A stretch of DNA of 64,000 bases from Candidatus Fermentibacterota bacterium (GTDB lineage: Bacteria; JAFGKV01). Below are positions 53,886-63,875 of the stretch, in pieces. The position numbers were made by a program, and so were the translations under genes. The stretch's first letter is position 1. Every line of letters begins with the position of its first letter. The notes below the pieces were generated by a model. That model was not told where the DNA came from and did not search any database. It saw nothing but the letters and a program-made list of their open reading frames with translations. Where the stretch lies: NCBI GenBank assembly GCA_016928395.1, contig JAFGKV010000186.1:599-64598 (forward strand), written 5' to 3'.

Positions 53886-56042
53886 ACGCTATCGTCCGAT
53901 GCTTTTATCGCCGGTGTAAGGGATCTCGATCCCAGCCTCGACACCGTCATCCTTGGCCGCGCGTTCGACATGGCATCCGCGGCCCATCGCGACCAGATGC
54001 GTGCCTCTGGTGAGGCATACTTCAGCCATCCCCAGGCCGTGGCGCTCACCGTTGCCCGCCTGGGCCAGGGCAGTGACGCGGTAGCCGCTGCCCTGCTTCA
54101 CGACGTCGTCGAAGACGGCGGCGTCACCATCGACAATGTGCGACGCGCCTTTGGCCCCGGCATCGCGACTCTGGTGGCGGCACTGTCCAAGATGTCTGCC
54201 CTCGAGACCCCCCAACGGGAGGCCCGTCAGGCCGAGTACTTCCGGCGTCTCCTCCTGGCATTGGGCGAAGATGTGCGGGTGATCGTCATTAAGCTGGCAG
54301 ATCGCCTCCACAACATGCAGACCCTTTCCTTTCTCGCCCCTGACCGCCAGCGCTCCATCGCCACTGAAACCCTGGATATCTATGCGCCCCTCGCCCATCG
54401 CCTGGGAATGGGGTGGTTTCGTGTGCAGTTGGAGGATCTCGCCTTCAAAGAGCTCGATCCGGCATCGTATCAGCAGATGAAGGAACGTGTCGCTGCCCGG
54501 CGAGAGGAACGCGAGTCTATGGTGGAGGGATTGGCCGCTCCTCTGGCCGCCATGCTCACCGCGGAGGGAATCTGCGGGCAGGTGGTTGGGAGGGTGAAGC
54601 ACTTCTACGGCATCTATCGGAAGATGAAGCTCAACGGGAAGTCGTTCGATGAGATCTTCGACCTGGTAGGTCTTCGAGTCATCACGCAGTCAGTGGAGGA
54701 CTGCTATCGGGCGTTGGGTCTGGCCCACACAATGTGGGCCCCGGTGGAAGGGCGTTTCAAGGACTACATCGCGGTTCCCAAACCCAACATGTATCAAAGC
54801 ATCCACACCACGGTCAAAACCGAGGAGGGTGTCACCGTGGAGTTGCAGATACGGACCTCGGTGATGGACACCATTGCTGAATTCGGCGTTGCGGCACACT
54901 GGCGATACCATCTGGAGCAAACCGGAAAACGCTACGTGGCCAAGGAGCATTTTCGCTGGATTCGACAGCTCCTCGAGTCAGAAACCGCCGAGGATGCCCG
55001 GAGGGATCTGCTGGGCGCCTTCCGCGACGGAACCCGAGACGCCGAGGTCATGGTGCTGACGCCCCGCGGCAAGTTGATTCCCATGCGGGCCGGTTCTACG
55101 GCCCTTGACTTCGCATTCTCCCTGCACTCCGATATTGGGCTGCACTGCGCCGGCGCCCGGGTCAATGGAAAGGCCGTCACGCTGGATCATGTCCTGAGCA
55201 GTGGTGATCAGGTGGAGATTCTCACCTCCCCTGCAGCCCATCCCACCCCAGGCTGGCTCACCAGGGTGGCGGGCACCAGTGCCCGTCAGAAGATCAGGCG
55301 ATACCTTCGGCGAGCAGAGCGTGAGCGACTTCAGGCGTCAGGACGGACACTGCTCCTACGGTATCTGCGCAAAGAGAAGCTCCCGCTTCCCAAGACGGGG
55401 ATTGCGTGGGATGAGCTAGCCCAGACCCTTCAGTATCCTACGGTTACTGAACTTCTTCATGCCGCGGCCATTGGCGCCGTGAGCCGTTCCCATCTGGCAG
55501 CGCTGCGACCCAAGGAGGAACCATCGCCATCTCAGGAACCCCTGCGCGACATACCCCATGAAGCCCGGGGAATTCGTTTGGGCGATCTCCGCGGGATTGC
55601 CGTCAGATTCGCCGAATGCTGCCGGCCGATTCCGGGTGACAGGATCACCGCCATGGTGACCAGGGGCCGGGGCGCCAGTATCCATCGCGTTGATTGCAGC
55701 AATGCCTTCCGAGGCGACGCCGAACGGTGGATCACCGTGGAGTGGGATGTGGCGCACGGAGAGACCTTCAGTGCCCACTTGGCCGTACTGGTCGGCCAAC
55801 GGAGAACGGTGCTGGGAGACATGGAGGCGGCAATCCAGGGTGCAGGCGCACGGCTGGGAGGGATTGAGATCACCAGCGACATTGACGGATCTCGTTGGCT
55901 GCAACTGGTGGTGGTCGTGACGGGCACACAGCATGTGGACGCAGTGCTGACGGCGATCCGCAAGCTGCCCGGCGTCCTTGAGGCGGCGCGGGGACGCCCC
56001 ACCAGGCCTGGCCGAAGAGTGCAGAGAGCGATCCAGTCGTGA
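53883..56042 (+). CDS. Bifunctional (p)ppGpp synthetase/hydrolase, RelA/SpoT family (long RSH).
   Basis: HD hydrolase domain (HRDQMRASGEAYFSHP...HDVVED), synthetase domain (GRVKHFYGIYRKM, DLVGLRVI), TGS and ACT-like C-terminal regions; 719 aa. The ATG at 53883 follows the last rnpB nucleotide directly. Confidence 0.9.
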   Translation: MTLSSDAFIAGVRDLDPSLDTVILGRAFDMASAAHRDQMRASGEAYFSHPQAVALTVARLGQGSDAVAAALLHDVVEDGGVTIDNVRRAFGPGIATLVAALSKMSALETPQREARQAEYFRRLLLALGEDVRVIVIKLADRLHNMQTLSFLAPDRQRSIATETLDIYAPLAHRLGMGWFRVQLEDLAFKELDPASYQQMKERVAARREERESMVEGLAAPLAAMLTAEGICGQVVGRVKHFYGIYRKMKLNGKSFDEIFDLVGLRVITQSVEDCYRALGLAHTMWAPVEGRFKDYIAVPKPNMYQSIHTTVKTEEGVTVELQIRTSVMDTIAEFGVAAHWRYHLEQTGKRYVAKEHFRWIRQLLESETAEDARRDLLGAFRDGTRDAEVMVLTPRGKLIPMRAGSTALDFAFSLHSDIGLHCAGARVNGKAVTLDHVLSSGDQVEILTSPAAHPTPGWLTRVAGTSARQKIRRYLRRAERERLQASGRTLLLRYLRKEKLPLPKTGIAWDELAQTLQYPTVTELLHAAAIGAVSRSHLAALRPKEEPSPSQEPLRDIPHEARGIRLGDLRGIAVRFAECCRPIPGDRITAMVTRGRGASIHRVDCSNAFRGDAERWITVEWDVAHGETFSAHLAVLVGQRRTVLGDMEAAIQGAGARLGGIEITSDIDGSRWLQLVVVVTGTQHVDAVLTAIRKLPGVLEAARGRPTRPGRRVQRAIQS

Positions 56043-56055
56043 CGGCGCGGGTATC

Positions 56056-56111
56056 AAAGTTCAGGGTTCAGGGTTCAGGGTTCAGGGTTCAGGGTTCAGG
56101 GTTCAGGGGTC
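56056..56111. repeat. Heptanucleotide tandem repeat (GTTCAGG)x6 + (GGTCAGG)x2, telomere-like G-rich unit.
   Basis: gttcagg gttcagg gttcagg gttcagg gttcagg gttcagg ggtcagg ggtcagt, read directly, 14 bp after the relA/spoT stop. Confidence 0.8.
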
Positions 56112-56352
56112 AGGGGTCAGTCGGGCCTCTGGCGGCGGGATACTCGGGGTTTTCGAGGTTGGGAGTACGCCGAGTTGTAGCCCCGTCGCTCTGCGCCGGG
56201 CGCCCGTGAGAGCTCAGGTCGTCGGACACGGGCGCAGCTAGTGATCTGCCACCGGGCCGCAGTCAGCCACGTCACGGATTGATGCGATCGACTTCGCAGG
56301 GTACCTTGCCGACCATGTTGACACGAAGACACAACGGTCCGGAGGCCACTCC

Positions 56353-57474
56353 ATGAAGGGCACGCGCACATCGACAACAGACGAGCACTGGATGGGACGG
56401 GCCGCAGCCTTGGCCCGCCGGGGCGAAGGCAGGACTTCGCCCAACCCACTCGTGGGGGCTGTGCTGGTCAATGAGGGACGAGTCGTGGGAGCTGGTTTCC
56501 ACGCGCGCGCAGGCGGTCCCCACGCAGAGATTGTCGCGCTGAAGGCCGCGGGACCTGCGGCGCGGGGTGCCGACCTGTATGTCACTCTGGAACCCTGTGC
56601 CCATCACGGGCGTACTCCGCCCTGTGCAGACGCTCTCGTGGCCGCGGGAGTCAGGCGGGTGGTTGCTGGAGTGCAAGACCCGAATCCCTTGGTGGACGGC
56701 CGGGGCTTCGCCCGGCTGGCGGTCGCGGGCGTGGAGATCCGAGTCGGCGTACTCGCGCCGCTATGCCAGCGACTCATCGAGCCCTATGCAGTGGCCATGG
56801 CCGCGGGGCGCCCTTTCGTTCACCTCAAGATGGCCTTCTCCGCCGACGGGCGGATTGCCCCTGCAACGGGTTCATCCCGCTGGATAACCGGTCCCGCGGC
56901 CCGGCGGTGCGCCCATCGGTTGCGGTCACGGCTGGACGCGGTGCTCGTGGGCATCACCACCGTCCTGATGGATGACCCTGCGTTGGATGTCCGCCTATCC
57001 GGGGCTCCCAGGGCCCAGCCCCGTGCGGTGGTGCTCGATGCCGGTGCGCGAACGCCTCCCCAGGCGCGCCTGCTGAGGCCGGGTTCGGATGGCCCCCCGC
57101 TGATCCTCTGCGCCGCCGACGCACCACGGCAGCGAGTTGCTGCATTGGCGGCCGCAGGCGCCCGTGTGGTGCCGGTGCCCGAGGAGCCGCCGGGCATGCT
57201 CCATATCCCTTCCGTGCTGGAGGCCTTGGCACACGAGGGGATTCAGAGCATTCTGGTCGAAGGGGGAGGCCAGGTGGCCGGCTCCTTCCTGGCGGCGGGC
57301 GTGGTGGATCGTGCAACCATATTCCTGGCGCCGGTGTTTCTCGGCTCCGAGGCCACCGCTGCAGTGGCCGGCCTGGGCCGGCTGGACCTATTGTCCGCGC
57401 CCCGGGGCAGGCTTGTAGGCATCCGCCGAGTCGGATCTGATGCGGTGATCGAATTGGCGCTGGGAGGTCGATGA
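56353..57474 (+). CDS. ribD: Bifunctional riboflavin-biosynthesis deaminase/reductase.
   Basis: CMP/dCMP-deaminase zinc motifs HAEIVAL...TLEPCAHHGRTPPC, then the RibD C-terminal reductase domain (GITTVLMDDP...SILVEGGG). Confidence 0.85.
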   Translation: MKGTRTSTTDEHWMGRAAALARRGEGRTSPNPLVGAVLVNEGRVVGAGFHARAGGPHAEIVALKAAGPAARGADLYVTLEPCAHHGRTPPCADALVAAGVRRVVAGVQDPNPLVDGRGFARLAVAGVEIRVGVLAPLCQRLIEPYAVAMAAGRPFVHLKMAFSADGRIAPATGSSRWITGPAARRCAHRLRSRLDAVLVGITTVLMDDPALDVRLSGAPRAQPRAVVLDAGARTPPQARLLRPGSDGPPLILCAADAPRQRVAALAAAGARVVPVPEEPPGMLHIPSVLEALAHEGIQSILVEGGGQVAGSFLAAGVVDRATIFLAPVFLGSEATAAVAGLGRLDLLSAPRGRLVGIRRVGSDAVIELALGGR

Positions 57475-58101
57475 GTGTTCACCGGACTGATCGAAACAAT
57501 GGGAACACTACTGTCGTGGCAGACGCGGGGGCGCGTCGTGCGCCTGGGGATACGGACGCCGTTGGCCCGAGATCTCGCCATCGGCAGCAGCATTGCCATC
57601 GACGGCGTCTGCCAGACCGTGGTGCACACGGCCGGCGACACCTTCGACGTCGAGGCAACCGGAGAGACTCTCAAGCGAACGACCCTCGCGAGTTGGAGGG
57701 GGCCACGGGCGGTGAATCTGGAGCGGCCACTGCGGGCCGATGGCCGGCTGGACGGTCATCTGGTAACGGGTCACGTGGACGGAATCGTACGCCTTATGGA
57801 CCGCCGGATGGAATCCGCGGGAGTCTGGTGTGTCTTTTCCCAATGCCCGGATCTCAGGAGGTATGTCGCCCCTCAGGGCAGCGTGGCCCTGGACGGTGTC
57901 AGTCTCACCGTCGCGACCGCCTCCGAAGGCTCCTTCTCGGTCTCTTTGATTCCCCACACGCTCGGGCAGAGCACCCTTGGCGCGAGGCGGCCCGGTGACT
58001 ACCTTAATCTGGAGGTAGATCTCGTGGCGCGGTACGTGGAACGGCTGATAGCCCGGGCCTCCGGCCTGGGCAGTCAGGAGGGCATGAATGAGTGGTTTTA
58101 G
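57475..58101 (+). CDS. ribE: Riboflavin synthase (alpha subunit).
   Basis: [13 protein letters not shown]-terminus and the duplicated lumazine-binding halves ([11 protein letters not shown] / [11 protein letters not shown]). GTG start immediately after the ribD stop. Confidence 0.85.
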   Translation: MFTGLIETMGTLLSWQTRGRVVRLGIRTPLARDLAIGSSIAIDGVCQTVVHTAGDTFDVEATGETLKRTTLASWRGPRAVNLERPLRADGRLDGHLVTGHVDGIVRLMDRRMESAGVWCVFSQCPDLRRYVAPQGSVALDGVSLTVATASEGSFSVSLIPHTLGQSTLGARRPGDYLNLEVDLVARYVERLIARASGLGSQEGMNEWF

Positions 58102-59380
58102 CACGGTCGAAGAAGCATTGGATGCCCTGCGCACCGGCCGAATGGTCGTTGTGGTGGACGATGAGCGCCGGGAGAACGAGGGTGACTTGGTCATGGCCGG
58201 GGAGAAGATCAGGCCGGAAGACGTCAACTTCCTGTCCAAGGAGGCCCGGGGCCTTGTCTGCGTCGCGCTGACGGAGGATCGCGCGAGGGCGCTGAACCTC
58301 TCACCCATGGTTGACCGCAATACCGCGCCTTTTGGCACGGCCTTCACCGTCAGCGTTGACTATGTCAAAGGCACGTCCACGGGGATTTCCGCCTTTGACC
58401 GGGCTGCGACCATTCGCGCACTGGCCGACCCTGCTACTCCTGCCGAGGATCTGGCTCGTCCCGGGCATATCTTCCCTCTGGTGGCGCGTCAGGGCGGTGT
58501 GATCCGCCGAGCAGGCCACACCGAGGCTGCGGTGGACCTGGCCCGATTGGCCGGCCTCAGCCCGGTGGGGGTTTTGTGCGAGATCATGGACGATGATGGC
58601 CATATGGCCCGCCTCCCCCGCCTTGAATCCTTCGCCCGAGACCATGACCTCAGGCTCCTGACCATTGAGGAACTCATCCGCTACCGTCGAGCCCGGGAGA
58701 ATCTGGTGACCAAGCTCTTGGAGATTGATCTGCCCACCCGCCACGGCAACTTCCGGCTGCACCTGTACGAGAGCATCTACGAGGGCGACCATCACATGGC
58801 GTTGGTGCGGGGCGAAGTCCGGGGACAGGAACGCATACTGGTGCGTGTACACTCCCAGTGCCTTACCGGCGACGTGTTCGGCTCGCTTCGTTGCGACTGC
58901 GGCCCTCAACTCGATCACGCCATGCGGCTCATCTCCAAAGAGGGACTGGGCGTCGTGCTGTACATGCGGCAGGAAGGAAGAAGCATCGGCCTGGTCAACA
59001 AACTGAAGGCCTACCGTCTCCAGGAGCAGGGGCTTGACACTGTGGAGGCGAATCTTTCCCTGGGCTTCAAGGCGGACCTCCGGGACTACGGGATCGGCGC
59101 CCAGATCCTGGCCGACCTCGGCCTCTCGACCATCAGGCTTATCACCAACAACCCCCGCAAGGTCGTGGGGTTGGAGGGCCATGGGCTGGAGGTCGTGGAG
59201 CGCGTGCCGCTGGAGGTGCGGCCCAACCCGATAAATGAGCAATACTTGGCCGCCAAGCGGTCCAAACTCGGCCACCTATTCGGACTGGGTCCTTCGCTGG
59301 ATGCCGATGCGCCGGAGGACGTCATCAGCGAGTGCATGCGCGACGAACGCAGCCCATGGCATCGAAAGGAGACACCATGA
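58088..59380 (+). CDS. ribBA: Bifunctional 3,4-dihydroxy-2-butanone-4-phosphate synthase / GTP cyclohydrolase II.
   Basis: DHBP synthase half ([23 protein letters not shown]) then GCH-II half with the CxxC...C zinc site ([11 protein letters not shown]) and [10 protein letters not shown]. Confidence 0.9.
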   Translation: MSGFSTVEEALDALRTGRMVVVVDDERRENEGDLVMAGEKIRPEDVNFLSKEARGLVCVALTEDRARALNLSPMVDRNTAPFGTAFTVSVDYVKGTSTGISAFDRAATIRALADPATPAEDLARPGHIFPLVARQGGVIRRAGHTEAAVDLARLAGLSPVGVLCEIMDDDGHMARLPRLESFARDHDLRLLTIEELIRYRRARENLVTKLLEIDLPTRHGNFRLHLYESIYEGDHHMALVRGEVRGQERILVRVHSQCLTGDVFGSLRCDCGPQLDHAMRLISKEGLGVVLYMRQEGRSIGLVNKLKAYRLQEQGLDTVEANLSLGFKADLRDYGIGAQILADLGLSTIRLITNNPRKVVGLEGHGLEVVERVPLEVRPNPINEQYLAAKRSKLGHLFGLGPSLDADAPEDVISECMRDERSPWHRKETP

Positions 59381-59853
59381 CGGAACTCCACGGCCACCTG
59401 GATGCGACCGGGCTTTCTCTGGCCATCGTGGTGAGCAGATTCAATGACTTCATTACCAAGCGCCTGCTCGAGGGCGCGCAGGATTGCTGGGTACGGCATG
59501 GGGGAGACGATTCGGCCGTCACCGTGGCCTGGGTGCCGGGTGCCTTCGAACTGCCTCTTGCAGCCAAGCCCCTGGCTGCATCGGGAGCGTACGACGCCGT
59601 CGTGTGCCTCGGGGCCGTGATCCGGGGCAGCACGCCTCACTTCGATTTCGTTGCCGCCGAGGCCTCCAAAGGAATCGCCAAGGTCGCGTTGGATGCGCCG
59701 TGCCCGGTGATCTACGGCGTGCTGACCACCGACACCGTGGAGCAGGCCATCGAACGGGCGGGTACCAAGTCGGGCAATCGGGGATGGCATGCCGCCCTGG
59801 CCGCCATCGAGATGGCTCGTCTCCACCGGCAGATCGAGTCGGCCCGGCGGTAG
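59377..59853 (+). CDS. ribH: 6,7-dimethyl-8-ribityllumazine synthase.
   Basis: [20 protein letters not shown]...WVPGAFELP...[20 protein letters not shown] is the lumazine synthase signature. AAGGAG before the ATG at 59377, which overlaps the ribBA stop (ATGA). Confidence 0.9.
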   Translation: MTELHGHLDATGLSLAIVVSRFNDFITKRLLEGAQDCWVRHGGDDSAVTVAWVPGAFELPLAAKPLAASGAYDAVVCLGAVIRGSTPHFDFVAAEASKGIAKVALDAPCPVIYGVLTTDTVEQAIERAGTKSGNRGWHAALAAIEMARLHRQIESARR

Positions 59854-59859
59854 TCATCG

Positions 59860-60294
59860 ATGACCGGTACACGGCATCGGATGAGAAAGGCCCTCCTGCA
59901 GGCCGTCTACGCGTGGCTCCTTGAGACTGACGCGCCTGATGAGGTTCTCGACACCGCTCTGAACGAGCATGCCGTGCAGCCGGATGACCGGGAGTATGCC
60001 CACAGACTGCTGACCGAGATCATCGCCCACCGCGCGGAGGCTGATTCGCTGCTGGCCCGTGTGCTGGAGCATTGGTCGCTGGACCGGCTAGGCCAGGTCG
60101 AGGCCGCAGTGTGCTACCTGGCTCTCCACGAACTGAGGGCCGGTGAGATCCCGACTGAGGTCATCCTTGACGAAGCCGTTCGCTTGGGAAAGGAGTATGC
60201 GGGGGAGGAGTCTGCCCATTTTGTGAATGGCTTGCTGGATGCCGCCGCCGGTATTGTCCGGCCGGATGCGGCATCTCTTGAGGAGTCTCCGTGA
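59860..60294 (+). CDS. nusB: Transcription antitermination factor NusB.
   Basis: R.RKALLQAVYAW...ALNEH...DREYAHRLL...LDRL..VEAAVCYLALHEL...EIP..VILDEAV.L.KEY; classical ribH-nusB synteny. Confidence 0.85.
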   Translation: MTGTRHRMRKALLQAVYAWLLETDAPDEVLDTALNEHAVQPDDREYAHRLLTEIIAHRAEADSLLARVLEHWSLDRLGQVEAAVCYLALHELRAGEIPTEVILDEAVRLGKEYAGEESAHFVNGLLDAAAGIVRPDAASLEESP

Positions 60295-61019
60295 CCACGG
60301 CGGTGCTTTCGGATGTCCATGGCAATCTTGAGGCCCTGGACGCGGTGCTGGCCGAGATCGCCAGCCTCGACATTGAACGGCTTCTGGTATGCGGTGATGT
60401 TGTCGGATACGGAGCCAATCCCACCGAGTGCCTTGACCGACTCCTGGATCGTCACCCCGTCATGGTGGCCGGCAATCACGACTGGGCCGCCGTGGGCAAG
60501 CTGCCCACCGAGTCATTCAGCGATGATGCGGCGGCGGCAGTGCTGTGGACATCGAGCCGGTTGGATGAGCCTCACCGGCAGGCGTTGCGCACACTTCCTC
60601 TGGAGTATAGAGATGAGATCCTGCTGGCGGTGCACTCCTCCCCGTGCGCCCCATCGGAGTGGTCGTACCTGGTGGAGATCGACGACGTCCGCCGGGCCAT
60701 CGAGACGTCCGACCGGCCATTGTGCTTCGTTGGCCACAGCCATGTCCCCTTCGTGTATGGGCGGGGCGAAGGGCAGGAAGTATTCGACCGTCGGCCGGGG
60801 CGCTACCCTCTACGGCCCGGCTGGCGCTACCTTGTCAATGTGGGCAGCGTGGGTCAACCCCGCGACGGAGATCCCCGCGCCAGCTTTGCTTTGCTGCACG
60901 GGGAGAGCAAGACGGTAGAACTGGTGAGGACACCCTACGATATACGTGCGGCCCAGGAGAAGATCCACGCCGCGGCCCTCCCTGAGTTCTTGGCGTGGCG
61001 GCTGCGCTGGGGGTTCTGA
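60291..61019 (+). CDS. Metallophosphoesterase (YfcE/MJ0936-like phosphodiesterase family).
   Basis: VLSDVHGN, CGDVVGYG, GNHD and GHSHVPF motifs. GTG start overlaps the nusB end. Confidence 0.75.
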   Translation: MTTAVLSDVHGNLEALDAVLAEIASLDIERLLVCGDVVGYGANPTECLDRLLDRHPVMVAGNHDWAAVGKLPTESFSDDAAAAVLWTSSRLDEPHRQALRTLPLEYRDEILLAVHSSPCAPSEWSYLVEIDDVRRAIETSDRPLCFVGHSHVPFVYGRGEGQEVFDRRPGRYPLRPGWRYLVNVGSVGQPRDGDPRASFALLHGESKTVELVRTPYDIRAAQEKIHAAALPEFLAWRLRWGF

Positions 61020-61813
61020 TGGGTAGTTCAGGGGCGACCGAGGCATGCGGCTCTGCCCATGATGAGCCCTGGCAGGCATTCTGGGGGCAAAGACAGGCCT
61101 CACCCCACGACGTCTACCCCAACTCACCCCGAATTCCGATGCGTCTACTGTCCGGCGAAGGAGGCGACCCCGTTTTGGAAGTTGGCTGCGGCAGCGCGAG
61201 GGACAGCGTCCGATTGGCTCAGGCAGGGCGGCAGGTGGTCGTACTCGACCGAGCTCCCAACGCCTTGGCCATTGCCAGAACCTTTGCCCGGGAGGCCGGA
61301 GTCAGACTGTGCCTCGTGCGCGGTGATGCCCGGCAACTTCCATTTAGAGCCGGCGCATTCGGCACGCTGTTCCATCAGGGGGTGCTGGAGCATTTTCGCG
61401 ACCCACTGCCCCTGCTCAGGGAGAACCACCGGGTGCTCCGGGCAGGGGGAACGCTGCTGGTGGATGTTCCCCAGACGCTGCACCCATGGACTCTCCTCAA
61501 GCACATCCTCATTCCCCTCGGCCTGTGGTTCGGCGGGTGGGAAACTCAGTTCACCCCCGGGCGAATCCGATGCGTGGTGTCGCAGGCGGGGTTCACGGTC
61601 CGCCACATATATGGAGAGTGGATGGATCCCTCCTTAGTTTACCGACTCATTCGTGAGCTGGGACGCAGAACGGGCCTATGGCGCCTCCCGCTCTACCCGC
61701 GGGGAGTCCGGCCTGTCGTCCTGGCCCGTACTGTGGACCGCATGCTCCTGAAGGGCGCGGCGGAGCTGCACACCGGGTACGTTGTCGGAGCCGTGGCCGT
61801 GAGGATGCCATGA
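61019..61813 (+). CDS. Class I SAM-dependent methyltransferase.
   Basis: Motif I VLEVGCGSARD, motif II VVLDRAP, motif post-II FGTLFHQGVLEHF. Confidence 0.7.
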   Translation: MGSSGATEACGSAHDEPWQAFWGQRQASPHDVYPNSPRIPMRLLSGEGGDPVLEVGCGSARDSVRLAQAGRQVVVLDRAPNALAIARTFAREAGVRLCLVRGDARQLPFRAGAFGTLFHQGVLEHFRDPLPLLRENHRVLRAGGTLLVDVPQTLHPWTLLKHILIPLGLWFGGWETQFTPGRIRCVVSQAGFTVRHIYGEWMDPSLVYRLIRELGRRTGLWRLPLYPRGVRPVVLARTVDRMLLKGAAELHTGYVVGAVAVRMP

Positions 61814-62919
61814 ACATCTTGGTGGTGAATTGGCGGGGAATCCGGAGCCCGCAGGCTGGTGGGGCGGAAGTACACGTCCACGAGATCTTCCGGCGACTCG
61901 CGGCATGGGGGCATTCCGTGACGCTTCTGTGCAGCAGGCCGCCTGGGTTTTCCGCCGAGGAGACGGTGGACGGAATACGTACCCTGCGGTATGGCAACTG
62001 GATGAACTTCAATATGGCTGCCGCGGTCTACTACCTGAGGCATCTTCGGCGCGAGCCCTTTGACGTCATTGTCGACGACATAAACAAGATACCCTTCTAC
62101 ACGCCGCTCTACGCCCGCCATCCCGTACTCGTGCTGGTTCCGCATCTGTTTGGCACCACGGTGTTTGCCGAGGCAGCATTTCCGTTGGCGGCCTATGTCT
62201 ACCTGTGGGAGCGGGCCGTGCCGCTGGTATACCGCCGAACTCCTGCCGTGGCCATCTCGGAGAGCACAAAGCACGATCTTGTCAAGCGAGGCTTGGATCC
62301 CGGGCACATCAACGTGGTGTACTGTGGAGTGGACCGTGCCGTGTATCGGCCCCCTCATGACGGGGAACGACTCCCGGTCTTCGCCTATGTCGGACGGCTC
62401 AAACGGTACAAGAGCCTGGATGTGCTTCTGGCCGCCGCGGCGCTGCTTCGACCCTCGCACCCCGGGGTTCGTGTCGTCATTGCGGGTGCCGGGGACGATC
62501 TTTCCCGCCTCCGAAGGAGGGCCCGAAGTCTCGGGGTGGAGGATATGGTTTCGTTCCCGGGATTTGTGCCCCCTGAGCAGAAGGTCGCCCTCATGCAGAC
62601 GGCCATGGCGCTGGTGGTTCCTTCGCCTAAGGAGGGGTGGGGCCTTACCGCCATGGAGGCCCATGCCTGCGGCACCCCGGTTCTGGCCAGCAAGAGCCCG
62701 GGCTTGGTGGAGTCAGTGAGGCATGATGTCAGCGGGCTCCACGTCCCCTACGGAGACGCGCGGGCACTGGCGGCGGCCATGGCCCGGCTGATCGACGAAC
62801 CCGCCTTGGCGAGCAGACTCTCACAGGGCGCCCTCGAGTGGTCGGCCCGGTTCGACTGGGATGCAACGGCACAGGAGATGCTGCAGCAACTCGAGCGTGC
62901 GGCAGGAGGATCTCAGTGA
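61810..62919 (+). CDS. GT4-family (group 1) glycosyltransferase.
   Basis: GT-B fold with the C-terminal E-x7-E-like region (PSPKEGWGLTAMEAHACGTPVLAS). The ATG at 61810 overlaps the upstream stop (ATGA). Confidence 0.8.
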   Translation: MNILVVNWRGIRSPQAGGAEVHVHEIFRRLAAWGHSVTLLCSRPPGFSAEETVDGIRTLRYGNWMNFNMAAAVYYLRHLRREPFDVIVDDINKIPFYTPLYARHPVLVLVPHLFGTTVFAEAAFPLAAYVYLWERAVPLVYRRTPAVAISESTKHDLVKRGLDPGHINVVYCGVDRAVYRPPHDGERLPVFAYVGRLKRYKSLDVLLAAAALLRPSHPGVRVVIAGAGDDLSRLRRRARSLGVEDMVSFPGFVPPEQKVALMQTAMALVVPSPKEGWGLTAMEAHACGTPVLASKSPGLVESVRHDVSGLHVPYGDARALAAAMARLIDEPALASRLSQGALEWSARFDWDATAQEMLQQLERAAGGSQ

Positions 62920-63875
62920 AACCATTCCTGAGTGTGGTGTGCCCGGTGTACAATGAGAGGGAGAGCGTTCCTCTTCTGGTGGATGAGCTGTACCAGGTGC
63001 TACAGCGGCTCACGGCCGACCGCATCCGGGACTTCGAGATCATCTTCGTGGATGATGGCAGCACGGACGGAACGGCGGACGTGTTGGAACGGCTACGCGG
63101 AGAACGACCCCGGTTGGGCGTGATCCGTTTCCGCATCAATGTAGGCAAGTCCGCGGGCTTGGCCCGGGGGTTTCGGGCCTCGGTCGGGGATGTGGTCATC
63201 ACGCTGGACGGTGATCTCCAGGACGACCCCAGAGAAATCCCTGCCCTTTTGGACAAGCTCGACGAAGGGTATCACGTGGTTTCAGGCTGGAAGGCAGATC
63301 GGAAGGATCCTCTCTCCAAACGGGTGCCCTCACGGCTGTACAACTGGGCCACAAGAACCGCCAGCGGCTTGCCTCTTCATGACTTCAACTGCGGCCTTAA
63401 GGCATACAGGAGGGAAGTACTGGACGATATCAGGGTGTATGGCCAGCTTCACCGCTTCCTGCCCGTACTTGCCCATTGGCGGGGCTTCCGGGTAGACGAG
63501 ATACGTGTCCGGCATCGGCCACGCCGCTATGGCAGATCCAAGTTCGGCGCGTCCCGATTCGTGGCAGGGTTACTCGATTTCATGACGGTGGTGTTCTTGA
63601 TGAAGTACCGCCGCCGCCCGCTGCACCTCTTCGGCCTGATCGGGCTGGTGCTCTTTGGCATCGGGATTTTGGTCAATGTGTACCTTGCCCTCGTCTGGCT
63701 GCAGACCCACGCAATAGGTGGGCGACCACTATTGATCTTTGGCCTGCTGTCAACCATACTTGGGTTTCAGTTCGTATCCATCGGCCTGCTGGGAGAAATG
63801 ATGGTGCACCTGTTGAAGAGCGAGGATGACGCGCCCGTCGAGAGCAGTCTGGCCCCGCGGGGGGATGAGCAGTGA
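62916..63875 (+). CDS. GT2 polyprenyl-phosphate glycosyltransferase (dolichyl-/undecaprenyl-phosphate mannose or glucose synthase-like; ArnC/GtrB/DPM1 type) with a C-terminal membrane anchor.
   Basis: SVVCPVYNERESVP...FVDDGSTDGT...DGDLQDDP catalytic GT2 core plus two C-terminal TM helices. GTG start overlaps the upstream stop. Confidence 0.8.
   Translation: MKPFLSVVCPVYNERESVPLLVDELYQVLQRLTADRIRDFEIIFVDDGSTDGTADVLERLRGERPRLGVIRFRINVGKSAGLARGFRASVGDVVITLDGDLQDDPREIPALLDKLDEGYHVVSGWKADRKDPLSKRVPSRLYNWATRTASGLPLHDFNCGLKAYRREVLDDIRVYGQLHRFLPVLAHWRGFRVDEIRVRHRPRRYGRSKFGASRFVAGLLDFMTVVFLMKYRRRPLHLFGLIGLVLFGIGILVNVYLALVWLQTHAIGGRPLLIFGLLSTILGFQFVSIGLLGEMMVHLLKSEDDAPVESSLAPRGDEQ

Noticed and set aside
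56112-56352. FMN riboswitch (RFN element) expected upstream of ribD.
   Set aside because: I looked for the conserved GGGTGAAATTCCC / CGGCGGT / AGTCTGGATG-type blocks in the 240-bp leader and did not see them. Regulation, if any, is by another mechanism, or the element is too divergent to spot by eye. An Infernal scan would settle it.
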